64,000 nucleotides of DNA from a virus (IMGVR_UViG_2595698760_000001:1-64000); one strand, 5' to 3'. Counted from the stretch's first letter, positions 46,101 through 54,348 are shown. Numbers and translations are program-made. Notes: a model not told the origin generated them from the letters alone.

Positions 46101-47797
46101 TTCACCGCATCTGCGAACGCAGTTTCCTGATTGGTTGCATCCTCAGTTGCAGCACGGTTTGCCGCATTGTTAGTGCGACGGTTCTCAGCAATATCAGAGA
46201 TAAGAGTGCGGGACTGTTCCAGCACTTTGGATGAGCCATTCAGCAGCGGCTTGGCAATTACGCCAGGCGCCTGAACAGTAGAGCTTACACCCAATGCGCC
46301 GAGCAGACCTTGAGACGCAGCATTACCTGCCCCTTCCAGAGCATCCTGAGTATTATCGCCTGTGGCTTTAACACCGATATTGCTGGCAATCTGGCCGGTG
46401 GTTGACTGAGGAATTTCTTCCAGCACTTCACGTCCCACGTTTTGGAAGCCAGCCAGCAAACGGCTCTTGGCAGAATCACCTGCCACACCGAATGGATTGG
46501 TTTCAAAGCGTGCGGCCACTTTACCGGTGAGCATTGCTGCCGGCATCTGAATAGCTGCAGCGATATTGCCTGCATCCGCCGCCACAGCATTCTTGGCATC
46601 TTCCTGAGACATGCCCCGGTCAATGTACCCACGATACTGTTCTGAGTTTTTCATCAGGTCTTCGTGCTTCATTGCCAGAACTTGCTGGCCAGCCTGGTCA
46701 GCAGCACCACCTGCTTCCTGCACACCGATGTTCAGAATCTGATACTTCTCTGCCAGGTCATCCACAGCGTCACGAGTAGCGTTTGCTGCACGGCCTTCCA
46801 TTGCACGAGTTGCAGTAGCACGAGCTGCCTGAGCTTCTGCCAGAGTAGCGCCTTTCTTAATGGCTGCAGTTTCTGCAGCATTAGCCGCTTTGCTAATCAG
46901 ATTGGCTCCAACAGATTCACCCAACTGAGCCGTTGCAGCAGCACGAGAGATACCGCCAGTTGCCAGTTGAGGGAACTGCTGAATAACCATGTCCTGTGCA
47001 GAGAGAGGGTTATCAACCATGTTGCCCAGGCCAGATGCAGCATCACGACCGAAACGCTTAGTTTCTTCCCAGGCACCACCACCAGCTTTTTCAGCCTGTG
47101 CTTTAGAGTCAGCCTCATCGAGCTGCTGCTCTGCACCTGCCTGTGCAATATCACGACGAGAAGGCAGAGACATCTGCTCCAGCGCAGTATCCTGGAGAGA
47201 TTTATTCCAGCCAGAGATTTTGGCACGAGCGCTGTTGGTTGGGCCTCTGAGCCACGTTCCCGCTTCATCAAGGGATTGGCCTACCCCATCAGCTCCGAGG
47301 CCGTCAGCGGCCACTCCTGCTAATCTGAGGGCACTACCTGCCAGGGTAGTTGGTACTGCTTCCAGAGCCAATTGGCTAACGCCGGAACCAAGGTTACCAA
47401 TACCGCGCAGCAGAGAGGAGGCCACATCGTTGGTGTAGTCGAAACCGGAGCGCTCTGCTTCAGCCAGGCGGCGCTGTTGCGCTTCCTGATTTTCATAGCC
47501 GGTAATTTGGGAGAGAGTCTGGTCATCACCTGACTTGGAGGCACTGGCATACGCAGCCGCTCTGTCCATCGGACTCATAGCCGCCAGGCTATTTGGGTCA
47601 GCCTGAACTTTCTTCTGAGCCACTTTTTCCTGAACAGCTTGCTTCTTTTGCTCTACCAGTGAGCCAGCGTAATTACTGAATAGCTGAGCACCGACTGCCG
47701 CTTGTGGCACCGGTTGCGCTGCATTCAGATTAGCGAGCGAGTCTGCGAAACTCTGGTTGAGATTAGCTCCCACCAAAGGGTTATTTGGTTCTGCCAT
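37172..47797 (-). CDS. Giant virion-encapsidated RNA polymerase (N4 gp50-like, about 3541 aa)
   Basis: GAGG Shine-Dalgarno 8 nt upstream of the ATG at 47797 (the track begins at a TTG at 47809). Central T7-like motifs: DTNGR (T/DxxGR), DGVTDGPANSF (motif A), RNFAKLLVTPATYG (motif B) and a candidate motif C YDGLD. The size and gene neighbourhood are unique to N4-like phages. Confidence 0.85.
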   Translation of the reverse strand: MAEPNNPLVGANLNQSFADSLANLNAAQPVPQAAVGAQLFSNYAGSLVEQKKQAVQEKVAQKKVQADPNSLAAMSPMDRAAAYASASKSGDDQTLSQITGYENQEAQQRRLAEAERSGFDYTNDVASSLLRGIGNLGSGVSQLALEAVPTTLAGSALRLAGVAADGLGADGVGQSLDEAGTWLRGPTNSARAKISGWNKSLQDTALEQMSLPSRRDIAQAGAEQQLDEADSKAQAEKAGGGAWEETKRFGRDAASGLGNMVDNPLSAQDMVIQQFPQLATGGISRAAATAQLGESVGANLISKAANAAETAAIKKGATLAEAQAARATATRAMEGRAANATRDAVDDLAEKYQILNIGVQEAGGAADQAGQQVLAMKHEDLMKNSEQYRGYIDRGMSQEDAKNAVAADAGNIAAAIQMPAAMLTGKVAARFETNPFGVAGDSAKSRLLAGFQNVGREVLEEIPQSTTGQIASNIGVKATGDNTQDALEGAGNAASQGLLGALGVSSTVQAPGVIAKPLLNGSSKVLEQSRTLISDIAENRRTNNAANRAATEDATNQETAFADAVNSYDPTVGRPTNAEQTPIQEAPTQGVGDVADTQPGDISSTDTGGDAATQQVSENIFDPQGRTIVDALAQTGMNDAQQLGAVHDMIQKNPDMPAEQRRALEIFASDRVGNLIAHLEDNLVPAFEAATDPEVKKAIGGQMQAINTVVSSPRTQQFLDTYSPENVTDEEFNSVIAAMPDTITDSNINEPAVQNSFAKLKEMALYRPLDIPADQYQKVLDHDTTLTPQQRTVLQAKQVAAQQFAANNESVSGNVKTQSRQDFKSTREHAAGIFEAMAQKNPKLAFQRLTQLQKFAQGMVDRANAHSNQMRIVRGSGMNKDNRYTNVPGYFQLNADGSRGKEKPQFVQLGQKGEANIAAINSDAAHVADVYNAILRSIPNAPQSELIQPPINNWQQSATTEEVDAYEAKNGITRTPTTSNAPATGAPVQQQSDNTAPVQDDANGTPESSPETNTTEPVADSAEAVPDVEPSTYGQSALTEADARELSDDQITDLMTEAQSHISEQGYDKTAQDNFRTLSDEMTRREESVEEEVTDTEDKPVDSEKAAPVGQQVLDKVPATNEAYSEEGTPAEKSARTNQLRASFQVRSNAATGYALGYLNSVTPEAVSAALGVAGNSTMAGLKGIQSAVRSVAQAMNKRLAQADARFKMSEKYNTGFPAWAVQDRKAAYATVLGENGKVAYVPEIQEAFGLSSMHWALNAVPTALDYEQAAELLGIRSDEVTPAQLKELNDAGITLNSVAGQISSMAEKVLGIQVKKDASKTYGRNITNAIAREMLASMADAGIVTITPVPMPGRKEVVNMVRVNDTDAMTAIRENLGGDTKALESLLLPDDKTGYTIGSNELNVAQRVNGASWQQVPEMVRTSIENQQNQPYYVNQNFRGLFERLAELTGTDALTAAGYQNTSDEMNDEHRASIESKNKGLINAMNAAGNLLAALDARATDDTPANQVPIHWEYAMDTNGRTRMTAAFNPQSNKVMRELFSATNVEVSLDNPQHMREFQLHLAQGLGIKVDKMANNAAIEAVNNLLNTDLQLQAGVSAMEKGLTDGWDSLTKAEADTINAAAAGKDNKYLHTMLSAAAHNVALAEGNPTFEHAVTFEVDGVTDGPANSFVHYGMTTVNEFALGILGKVGWNVGQPDMPSNMTYDPVNNPDMYVTTASNIYGYLKSATDPMAQSLMSLLTYAGMTSQDDENKTTGLTRNFAKLLVTPATYGSGSRAMSATVVNEVVNNFYSHLTDVLAGRDQFNTGMAAALDDLTGTGMFSALANASDKQRRQFRVPEGVLKNTYAALNESVGELMYKGIDDTVGGALARNKEMAALTNIQGLMFKSAWEKAYNELQAKRVSEGTLAPNEMLSQSDEDSITKELEHLAPIYQNGVTGNDRANGFNMGTMSPNGVADYMTDGTRNKSRVTDLTGGLASNSNGTEIGSPGVRTVALATISGGDATMMTRFFNMIKKLGLVAQNVYDGLDTRVGDMEAASDAINQSVAEGWGTNLYANIIAGTSKALENLDLAAMSDADFAQVVRSVTNKFVSADKVKAMRNAKTYAALTGEIQSMLQSHKQMSARNAAVRQALLETKSTISHMGGVDKAYNHGDQVYTGTRQEQIAAMQARADAILKENLSAKAPTHDKALVEKFKQYGSEVAEGAYSLTKDQLMNALATHPMDRVTKALFTRLAPALSSNLQVYFGTPDQVTAMQQAMFPDVRFNADANASTYGNAIFLRVANNETLFHEAIHAGIQNGINQAIYSPDTASAEQVAAVNNMQVLMRQFMNLTGQNSDFATMRSLKYAQTAINRHITNGDTASALNEFVAWTLANQNLQALTSTVTADASAQVDGPLVRIMQKLKTAVLRLLGFPTTSGQSVLEALAGNFDNMVQTIARGNLNEMSMTDLNQALDHDTSLPDHVNRLDSLVQRLDAATKQTVKQTGELLAQNARSRAIINGQAPNINATLKEFQAAGWNMSPKEEHAFNLTQVLLASGLQLNPTALNAMQRLYDSVMPKLEATDFATNGDAKLNALRNNDKTTQLANFVALANTNEEFRQALAKHDIPRRNAPAGDVMARLSNGTKDLIDYIADLGNGTRKAANAAQALDILSDKIADINYATKTSVLDAPTSGMNRADSFLSAQLQRLGTAAADLRDARVSAGAQSGVDTAVNTLLSAVGALDKNSGSQDALQNAVNSSKLWRPVQELFTEMLGTSKSSVMVNKMLQQAKNQVSAVRQKIREGVPKNIQSKFTRELTKAEWAAVTRAFGKTDVQSLLQDYSMDDVQTWLKDPKALQKAVQAEERNVAGMTHGADYVVRSKELAHFMMTGDNISDHLLRNATAIAELTGTGKTVTNAEQNVSAIDNLVSLYALQMLSEGERTTMGSLFDTERSGLDFVGNYMTALNSTELRKMQGYDSLNGYKGHLPSVTSHHMNMVVADAKTGASLVKNYGYVKVDGYVGDADLGKNALSYYFTNENLQAGYTQGAMQTVEPLVYGVDPITGQSTDLRGSFSLRKNAATAMARQKNSRIVTPKLGTTGGKLMPVFNKNGEVTGYEAPMPDAIRQERLGANTNLSELLGVWQGRQTEETLAQGFNDVLAQKLASVWDSEKGTIRKEEYIDLAKSAETNKADAETWNAIPRAMQESLKSAFKGKPVMVRRDMLNNAFGYRNFSVTSAFTNQTDLPKPVTDGLVDLATAIMGAKAARYLRKGERYTQDAVSMAKDWVIVRSVSVFTMNLMGNFIQLGQNGVGLKAIFKGQAAKMQEVDAYLRNVNKQNQLYSDNLGTTDAATIARNKRHIQRLAEANKRMSIAPLIAAGELPTVAEGLTIEDDNAIRGGALNWIERITDKVPKGVSDTVKLAMIAKGTPLHNGLNRMMTYGDFVAKAVLFDKLTKQDGKSAEEALRYIQEEFINYDNNPGRTRTYLESMGFTWFLTYKLKIQKILLRRMRDNPLSTLVYQGAADGLGIDSPFEANLAGDNFWYSIDTPLRALDAPTLHPVAQMLR

Positions 47798-47812
47798 TAT
47801 GTGCCTCAAAGA

Positions 47813-47836
47813 GAAGGGGGAATCGAAATTCCCCCT
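47813..47836 (-). terminator. Hairpin (GGGGGAAT-CGAA-ATTCCCCC) between the gp51-like gene and the virion RNAP start
   Basis: Perfect 8-bp stem, T-rich on the − strand afterwards (ttctctttg), about 18 nt upstream of the virion RNAP ATG. Could be a partial terminator or a 5'-UTR structure. Confidence 0.4.
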
Positions 47837-47862
47837 ATCTTAGTTGAAAGGCAATCTGGCGA

Positions 47863-49443
47863 CTAGCGTCCTACTTGGGTAATTCCCGCACGTTTCAACT
47901 GGGCTGCATAAATCGCAGCACGTTGCAGGTCTTCATCAGTAGGGTTGCCCCCTTGAAGCGTAGCTTGAGCTGACTGGCTAAAACCCTGGCGCAGATTGGA
48001 CTGTGCGGCAATAGCGTCATTGACGTTCTTGTACGCAGCCTGGGCCTGTGCAGAGTTGGCACCGAAGCGAGTGCTCATCTCTTTGAACAGCGCAGATGCT
48101 GAAGTCACCGCATTGGTGGCTGCAGTCATACGTTGCTCATCAGCAGCACGTTGAGTGTCCAGCGCAGTGAGACGGTTTGTCGCATTCGTATCCTGAATAC
48201 GGCCGGCCTGTTTCAATGCAGCATTCACATCAAACTTCGAGGAGTTGTCACTTACACCCGGGAGCCATCCAGTAGCAGCACCCCATTTGGTGGATTCAGT
48301 GTTGTTCTTCGCCGCGGCAACCAGCAGGCCCAAAGGACGTTGCTGAGACACACCCTGATTCAGGTAATCACGAACGGTTGACCGGTCAGTGTCCGGTACT
48401 GCCTGGAGAATGGCATCCGTCGCTTTATTGATGTCAGTGAACTCCTGCTGACGAGAATCACGCCAGGTACGGTAGTCGGTATCCTTCGACTCGTAGTTGG
48501 CATTGATGGACTCGTTTGCCGCAGACACGTTGCCCTTAACAATCGGGTCAGCCGCTGCCAGAGTTGCATCAGCAACCGGGGCATTCGGACTACCTGAGGT
48601 AGAGATATTGAAGGCTTTGTCCAGCCCACCCACATAGTTGGAAATGTAGTCGTTCGACTTACCTTCCTTCTGCAGGCGCAACACTTCATCCTGCTTGAAC
48701 TGGCTCATCGGTTTATCACCGAGATTACGCAGTGCCGAAGTACCGTCTAACTGAGCCTGTTGGTTATTCAGTGCATTGTCTGTCTGGATACCCTGCAACA
48801 GACGCTGCTTGGCACCGGCATCAAATTCCTGCTGACGCAGGCTGAGGTTGCCACGAGAGATAGCTGTGTTGGCCGCAGCATTCGATTCATCAGCTCGGTG
48901 AGCACGACGAGTCTCTGCATCCTGGCCAGCGGCCCCAAGGTTACCGGCAATCTGCTGGCCATAGTCTGCTGCCACATCACCACGCAGGCCACCTTTGACC
49001 AGCGCATCCCACTGAGCCTGAGCTGTCGGGTCACCATTACGAGCAGCCATCTGAATGGCACCAATCTGGCCACCAAACTGATTCAGGTTGTTGGTCTTGT
49101 CGATACCCTGCTGAGCCACTTCACGTCCCTGCAGAGAAGTCGCCAAATCATTCTGGTAACGTGCGATAGCCGAGGCATCGAAGTTACCGTAGTTCTGGCG
49201 CAGCGCATCCGGGTCAAGAAGTCCCTGCTGAATAGCTGTCTGCAAATCTGTGTTGGTTCCGAACTTCGAGAGAGCCAGTTCGATATTGCCGGTATTGCTG
49301 TCACGAACTCCACGTCCCCAATCTCGCAGAGCCAGCCCGGCACCAGAGAACGCATTCTGCAGTGAGGCATTGGAATCGGACAGCGTGCGGATAGCGCCTG
49401 ACAAGTCAGGGGCATCCACATTACGCCATGTTAGAGCTGCCAT
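47863..49443 (-). CDS. Virion structural protein (N4 gp51-like, 526 aa)
   Basis: Position immediately upstream of the virion RNAP on the late strand. A/Q/N-rich sequence. Confidence 0.55.
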   Translation of the reverse strand: MAALTWRNVDAPDLSGAIRTLSDSNASLQNAFSGAGLALRDWGRGVRDSNTGNIELALSKFGTNTDLQTAIQQGLLDPDALRQNYGNFDASAIARYQNDLATSLQGREVAQQGIDKTNNLNQFGGQIGAIQMAARNGDPTAQAQWDALVKGGLRGDVAADYGQQIAGNLGAAGQDAETRRAHRADESNAAANTAISRGNLSLRQQEFDAGAKQRLLQGIQTDNALNNQQAQLDGTSALRNLGDKPMSQFKQDEVLRLQKEGKSNDYISNYVGGLDKAFNISTSGSPNAPVADATLAAADPIVKGNVSAANESINANYESKDTDYRTWRDSRQQEFTDINKATDAILQAVPDTDRSTVRDYLNQGVSQQRPLGLLVAAAKNNTESTKWGAATGWLPGVSDNSSKFDVNAALKQAGRIQDTNATNRLTALDTQRAADEQRMTAATNAVTSASALFKEMSTRFGANSAQAQAAYKNVNDAIAAQSNLRQGFSQSAQATLQGGNPTDEDLQRAAIYAAQLKRAGITQVGR

Positions 49444-49452
49444 GGTTCCCCC

Positions 49453-49914
49453 TTATTTGGACAGGCGGTTCTTGTTCAGGTAATCCTGAACCTGTGATTC
49501 AGACTGGTCACCAGCGGCATAACGGCCACGGATGCGGTCTTCCAGGTTGGTGTTGTACGTTGAAATCTGATTGCTCAGATTCGTGTTGTACGCTTCCTTC
49601 TGGAAGTTCAGGTTATCCTGGGCCAGCCCAATCTGTTTGTTGGTCGAGAAGATAGAGCTGAGAGCACCAATGCCCTGAAGCAAACTACCTAACCCCTGGG
49701 AGTTATCCCCGAGCCATGACATACCCTGGGAGAACATCCCAGGCTGTACGCCGCCACCGCCGGCAACCCCATTCGATACACCAGCGATAGTTGTGCCTGC
49801 TGTATTAGCAGGTGTCTGCATCAGCCCGGTGTTCTGCAGAGTGTCGAGTTGCTGAATCTGCTGAGCAAGCGGTACATTCGATTGCTGCAGGTATGCTGGA
49901 TTAAATGCTGCCAT
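49453..49914 (-). CDS. Virion protein (N4 gp52-like, about 153 aa)
   Basis: GAGGAA Shine-Dalgarno with ATG at 49914. The track ORF extends to 49962 and overlaps the upstream gene. Gly/Asn/Gln-rich. Confidence 0.5.
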   Translation of the reverse strand: MAAFNPAYLQQSNVPLAQQIQQLDTLQNTGLMQTPANTAGTTIAGVSNGVAGGGGVQPGMFSQGMSWLGDNSQGLGSLLQGIGALSSIFSTNKQIGLAQDNLNFQKEAYNTNLSNQISTYNTNLEDRIRGRYAAGDQSESQVQDYLNKNRLSK

Positions 49915-49921
49915 GTATTCC

Positions 49922-52657
49922 TCACAAAGTTTTAATCGTATCCAAGTCATTGGACAGGTCAACGAAATCAGAAATCATCTGATGCGTCAGTGCTGCAATA
50001 TCGGAACCCGTCATGAGGGTACGCCCCAGGAATCTTTCCGCAGATTCGTTGGTGAAGTTCTGGGCATCGGTAAACATCATTGGGTCGATAACGGCGCCAG
50101 TATATCCCATCAACTCTGCAGCCATAGAGTCAATCTCCTCCTTGCGAGAATAGTAGTTATCCTCGGCTTCCTGGGCCTGCTGCTGCATATCTTTCAGCTT
50201 ATCCGTAGCGTGAGCAGTATAAGCCGTCTGAACCGCCTGAGTGGCTTGTAGGAGGTTTGTCGCTGATGCCATATCACCCCAGCTTACCGCCATCGTACCG
50301 GTGGCCTGATAACTAGCCGCTACGTTGATGGCTACCATTGAGGCAATCGCACCCACGACAGCGCCGACTTCAGCACCAAATACGCTGGTAGACACACGCA
50401 TCAGCACGGCTGAAATGGCCATTGCTGCCAGGGCATTCAATGCGGCGCCAGCCACAATTGCCGCTGTACCTGCCAGACCGATTGCAGCACCTACCGCAGC
50501 ATTCGTTCCCAGCACACCCACCGAACCGGCCGCTGCACCACCTGTCCAGATGGAGATGACGATGATGATAATCACCAACACAATCTTGAACCATCCAGTC
50601 TGATACCAGCGGGTCTTCACTACCTGGTAACAGTTGAAGGTGATGTACCCGGCTTCGGCCGTTAACTGTGTTGCCGGCACCAGCGGGGTATCCGCCAGAA
50701 TGCCGTAATGCAGAGGCACAATAAAACCGGACTCGTCTTTGTCGTTCAGCGCATCCTTGGCACTGGTGCCTACTGACTTGCCTTTGTACACCACGTTCTT
50801 GTGGTAGGCGCCAGAGATGTCGAGTCGGCGGTATGAGCTGTCATCCACCTGCCAGAAAATAGACAGGGTATCGTCAGACAGGTCACTGACGTCACTGCTG
50901 TCGGAGCCAATACCTGCCAGATAACTGTCCACCAGAATCGGGTCACCCTGAGTGACTACCAGCTTCAGTTCCCCAGATTTAGCACCGGCCCAGGCTTGGC
51001 CAGCATGTGCCGTCTCCGCAACATAGTTCCAGGAGATGACAATGTTGTACCAGGAGTTCCATGCCTGGTTGGCCTGAATACGGATAGACGAACTGTTCGG
51101 ACGAGTCACCGTTGCACGCAATGGTTCGGCGGTGCCAAACAGAGGGTCAGCCGGATTATCCTGAGCTGCCTTCCAGGTATTCCATCTGTTCTGGAAAGAG
51201 GCTGCTGCCAGTGCCTGAGTTTTCCAGGTCAGGTAGTCAGACTGGCTTGAAGATTGGTAGTCAATCATCTGCTTCCAGAACTGGTACAGATAACGCTTAC
51301 AGGCATCGGTCTTAGTATTGAGTGCAACACCAAAGTTAATGGCGGCATAGTCAATATCATCGATGTTGTCATTGTCTTCTACTGACTTAACGATGTCTGC
51401 AAAGTCAGAGCCAATCAGCTTCTTGTATGCCTTGGCAATAGCAGCATAGTAGGCATTCTCTTTACCTCCCCAGAATTCAGACCAGTTTTGGCCGTACCTG
51501 GTGATGGATGTATTGTTGATGCGGATTGGCAGAATAGGGAAGAAGTTCCCGAAGTCAGACTGCTGGCTGACGTACTTATCCAGTGAGCCACCGCTGCCCA
51601 GCTTATAGATAAACACCTGGCTGTCTTTCAGCGCCAGACTGGTAATGGTCTGGGTATCCGTCCGAGTGTCATACAGGTACAGAGTATTCTCTGTCGTGGT
51701 GGTCGTGGTAGTTGTGACTTCCACCGACTCCCCATTGATGACCTCTGCACTGGTGACCGTCTGGGTATCCACTGTGGTGCCGACCGTCGGCCGCTTCGTG
51801 ATATTCAGGATGGTCTTCAGTGACTCCAGGGAATCCGACTCTGTTGCCTGGCCCTTGTACTCCGTCTTCGAGTACACCGATTGGTTCCCGGTAGCGGTAA
51901 CCGTCCGGTTCGAGCTGGTCTCATTCACATAGTCCGGGTCACCGTTGGCATACTTCTTCCGAACGTTGACCGTCGTATTCAGGGTTTGCGAGACGGGACT
52001 ATTAACGGAAGACACCGGGTCATATCCAGAGTGGGATGGTTCCGCCTCTGAAGTTTGCACAGTCCCTTCCTGCACCGGGCCGGCCTGGTCATTGGCTGTA
52101 AGCGTGTATAGGGCGTAAATGTAATGGGCATTATTATCGTACCCCTCTGCAGTGAAACGCACCGTAGTGCCGCTGGCCATGGTGATAACAACCGTATTAG
52201 TGGCGGAGTCAAAGTCAGCCGCCCAGGCTGTATTGAACAGGTCAGGGTAGTGCTCCAGCATGTAGCCCTGCGCCCACCACATATAGTCAGCATCGTCTTT
52301 GATGGCCGACTGCACCCATGCAGTATTGCCTTCGGGCACATTGATAGCTGCGAGAACATCTGCCGCGGAAACGCTGCTGCTTGAGCCAATCACTGCTGAT
52401 GGCAGGGCAATGTAATCAGCCATGTTGTTTTTGACGTAGCGATACCATGACCGGTATTTGATAGCCGGGCCTTTGATATAGCTGTTCTGAATGCTCTGGC
52501 TGATTGTCTTGCCGGTATTCTCCTGGCCCATGACTGCGCCGAAGATAGTTGAGCGCAAATAGTTCGGCCGGCCAGCGTAATCCCCGGCGAGGTTGTACAC
52601 CACCGAGGAGACATAGATTTTCTTCTTACTCTTGAACGGATTAAAACCCATAAACAA
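49922..52657 (-). CDS. Large virion protein (911 aa) with long Gly/Ala-rich hydrophobic segments (N4 gp53-like)
   Basis: About 130-aa hydrophobic tract of the form IVLVIIIIVISIWTGGAAAGSVGVLG...AINVAASY. Synteny with the N4 gp53 position. Confidence 0.5.
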   Translation of the reverse strand: MFMGFNPFKSKKKIYVSSVVYNLAGDYAGRPNYLRSTIFGAVMGQENTGKTISQSIQNSYIKGPAIKYRSWYRYVKNNMADYIALPSAVIGSSSSVSAADVLAAINVPEGNTAWVQSAIKDDADYMWWAQGYMLEHYPDLFNTAWAADFDSATNTVVITMASGTTVRFTAEGYDNNAHYIYALYTLTANDQAGPVQEGTVQTSEAEPSHSGYDPVSSVNSPVSQTLNTTVNVRKKYANGDPDYVNETSSNRTVTATGNQSVYSKTEYKGQATESDSLESLKTILNITKRPTVGTTVDTQTVTSAEVINGESVEVTTTTTTTTENTLYLYDTRTDTQTITSLALKDSQVFIYKLGSGGSLDKYVSQQSDFGNFFPILPIRINNTSITRYGQNWSEFWGGKENAYYAAIAKAYKKLIGSDFADIVKSVEDNDNIDDIDYAAINFGVALNTKTDACKRYLYQFWKQMIDYQSSSQSDYLTWKTQALAAASFQNRWNTWKAAQDNPADPLFGTAEPLRATVTRPNSSSIRIQANQAWNSWYNIVISWNYVAETAHAGQAWAGAKSGELKLVVTQGDPILVDSYLAGIGSDSSDVSDLSDDTLSIFWQVDDSSYRRLDISGAYHKNVVYKGKSVGTSAKDALNDKDESGFIVPLHYGILADTPLVPATQLTAEAGYITFNCYQVVKTRWYQTGWFKIVLVIIIIVISIWTGGAAAGSVGVLGTNAAVGAAIGLAGTAAIVAGAALNALAAMAISAVLMRVSTSVFGAEVGAVVGAIASMVAINVAASYQATGTMAVSWGDMASATNLLQATQAVQTAYTAHATDKLKDMQQQAQEAEDNYYSRKEEIDSMAAELMGYTGAVIDPMMFTDAQNFTNESAERFLGRTLMTGSDIAALTHQMISDFVDLSNDLDTIKTL

Positions 52658-52684
52658 TTAGGGAGGCTTTCGCCTCCCCCTCCA

Positions 52685-53791
52685 TCAGAATCCCACTTTT
52701 GTTCGTAGCCCGTTGAGCACGCTGTCGTAGTTGGCATCTGCCATCGACGGAGGTGGCGTAAGCCCCTCATCCAGCGTCTTACGGGTAATCCACATATCGG
52801 CAAAGATACGTGCAACCTTGGCCTCAGCATCACGCTCATACGAGGTGATTTGCTGCTCATACAGGTCACGCTGCTTGCCCTTCGTACCGGTGATGAGAGC
52901 ACCGTCAGACAGACGAGAGGTGAGCGTATCAGCACGAGCTGATTCCGTCTGCTCCACCAACAGGTTCTTCTGCTGAGGCAGAATGTTGCTGAGGGAGTAG
53001 CTCTTAGTCTGCGAGTCCACCAGCACGTTGGCGTTCTGGGAACCAAGCAATGTTGTCTGAGCTTTAGACTGAGACAACTGCGCCGGCAGCAGAGAGTTGA
53101 GGTTGTACGTCTTGATGTCTTTATCTACCGCAGCGCTGGCCAGGTTTAGCTTAGCGATGTCGGTAGCAATCGGCATATCGGTGCCCAGGGTGTAGACACG
53201 AATGTCATGGTCAACCTTGGCATTTTCAGTCTGCTGATTGGTCAGGGTGTACTGCGCATCAGCATTAGCGATTTGCATCTTCGTCAGAGCGTACTGGGCC
53301 TTGGCGTTGAATGCCTGGTAGCGGGACGCTGCCAGTGCTGCTTTTGCTGTCTCAAGCGCAATGCGGGCTGTGACTGTTTCAATCTCAGCTCGACGTGCCT
53401 GTTGCTGTACCAGGAGAGCTTGCCAGTATGCCTGGTCTTTGCCGAGCAGGTACTGAGTAGCAGTGCCCAGAGCATTGGCCATAACCTGAACATAAGCATC
53501 GGTGTAGTCCTTACCGGTAATGCGGTTCTTCTCGAACTCGACTTTCAAGTGAGCACCTACCGACGCCATCAAGGCGTCGAAGGTTCCGTCACCACCGACA
53601 ACACGGGTCGTCAGGTCTTCGTTCGACAGACTGACAATCTGGTCATAGAGCGGATTGTCTGCTGGGTCTGGGAACTGGAAGTCTGCGTCACCGAGGTTGA
53701 TGTCGGGAAGTAGAAAGTCAGCATCTTCCGAGAGCTGGACGTAGAGGTCTTGCCCTACGTTGCCAGCTTCTTTGTCGGTGGTGTCAGCCAT
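52685..53791 (-). CDS. Virion structural protein (N4 gp54-like, 368 aa)
   Basis: Synteny. A/Q/T-rich. Confidence 0.5.
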   Translation of the reverse strand: MADTTDKEAGNVGQDLYVQLSEDADFLLPDINLGDADFQFPDPADNPLYDQIVSLSNEDLTTRVVGGDGTFDALMASVGAHLKVEFEKNRITGKDYTDAYVQVMANALGTATQYLLGKDQAYWQALLVQQQARRAEIETVTARIALETAKAALAASRYQAFNAKAQYALTKMQIANADAQYTLTNQQTENAKVDHDIRVYTLGTDMPIATDIAKLNLASAAVDKDIKTYNLNSLLPAQLSQSKAQTTLLGSQNANVLVDSQTKSYSLSNILPQQKNLLVEQTESARADTLTSRLSDGALITGTKGKQRDLYEQQITSYERDAEAKVARIFADMWITRKTLDEGLTPPPSMADANYDSVLNGLRTKVGF

Positions 53792-53794
53792 GGA

Positions 53795-54331
53795 TTAGAA
53801 GTCTCCGGTTACGCCAGCCTGCTGTCCAGCAGCCAGCTTATTCAGTTCTTCCTGCGTCAACTGTGGCAGGATTTCGAGTGCGAATTCCGGCGCCCAGCTC
53901 TGCTGCACTTCAGTGTTACCGTCACGGTGCTGAATGACTTTCACCTGCAGGAACTTACGAGCCTTCATCTGCTTGTACAGAATGAACGGTACATGCCAGC
54001 CGTTCTCAGTGCGTTCACCGTAAGGGATGTACTTACGGACGGTGCCCAGGAACTTGTTGGAGACAGTGAAGATTTCGCCTGCCAGGTCTTTCTTGTCAGG
54101 GTTCAGGTTAGCAATGCGGAGACGAACCAGCTTCAGCTCATTCATCTGCATTTCTTTGCGAACCTGGTGCAGAGACTTAACTGGTGCTTCGCCGGCCGAT
54201 TCAGCTTCGTTCTCAGCGGTGCCATTAAGTTTTGCTTCAACCTTGGCTTTCAGTGCATCCAGGCCAATGTTCGGTGAGTATTTCACACCCATGGTGTCGG
54301 CACGTTGTTTAAGCAGTTGTAATTCATCCAT
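53795..54331 (-). CDS. Structural-module protein (N4 gp55-like, 178 aa)
   Basis: Synteny, immediately downstream of the capsid gene. Confidence 0.5.
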   Translation of the reverse strand: MDELQLLKQRADTMGVKYSPNIGLDALKAKVEAKLNGTAENEAESAGEAPVKSLHQVRKEMQMNELKLVRLRIANLNPDKKDLAGEIFTVSNKFLGTVRKYIPYGERTENGWHVPFILYKQMKARKFLQVKVIQHRDGNTEVQQSWAPEFALEILPQLTQEELNKLAAGQQAGVTGDF

Positions 54332-54348
54332 CGTTAATTCCTCGGTAT

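Noticed and set aside
42839-47323. + strand ORFs of 253 aa, 344 aa and 219 aa (42839..43600, 45200..46234, 46664..47323) inside the virion RNAP gene
   Set aside because: They are antisense shadows of a 10.6-kb continuous − strand ORF, and Cys/Ser/Leu-rich.
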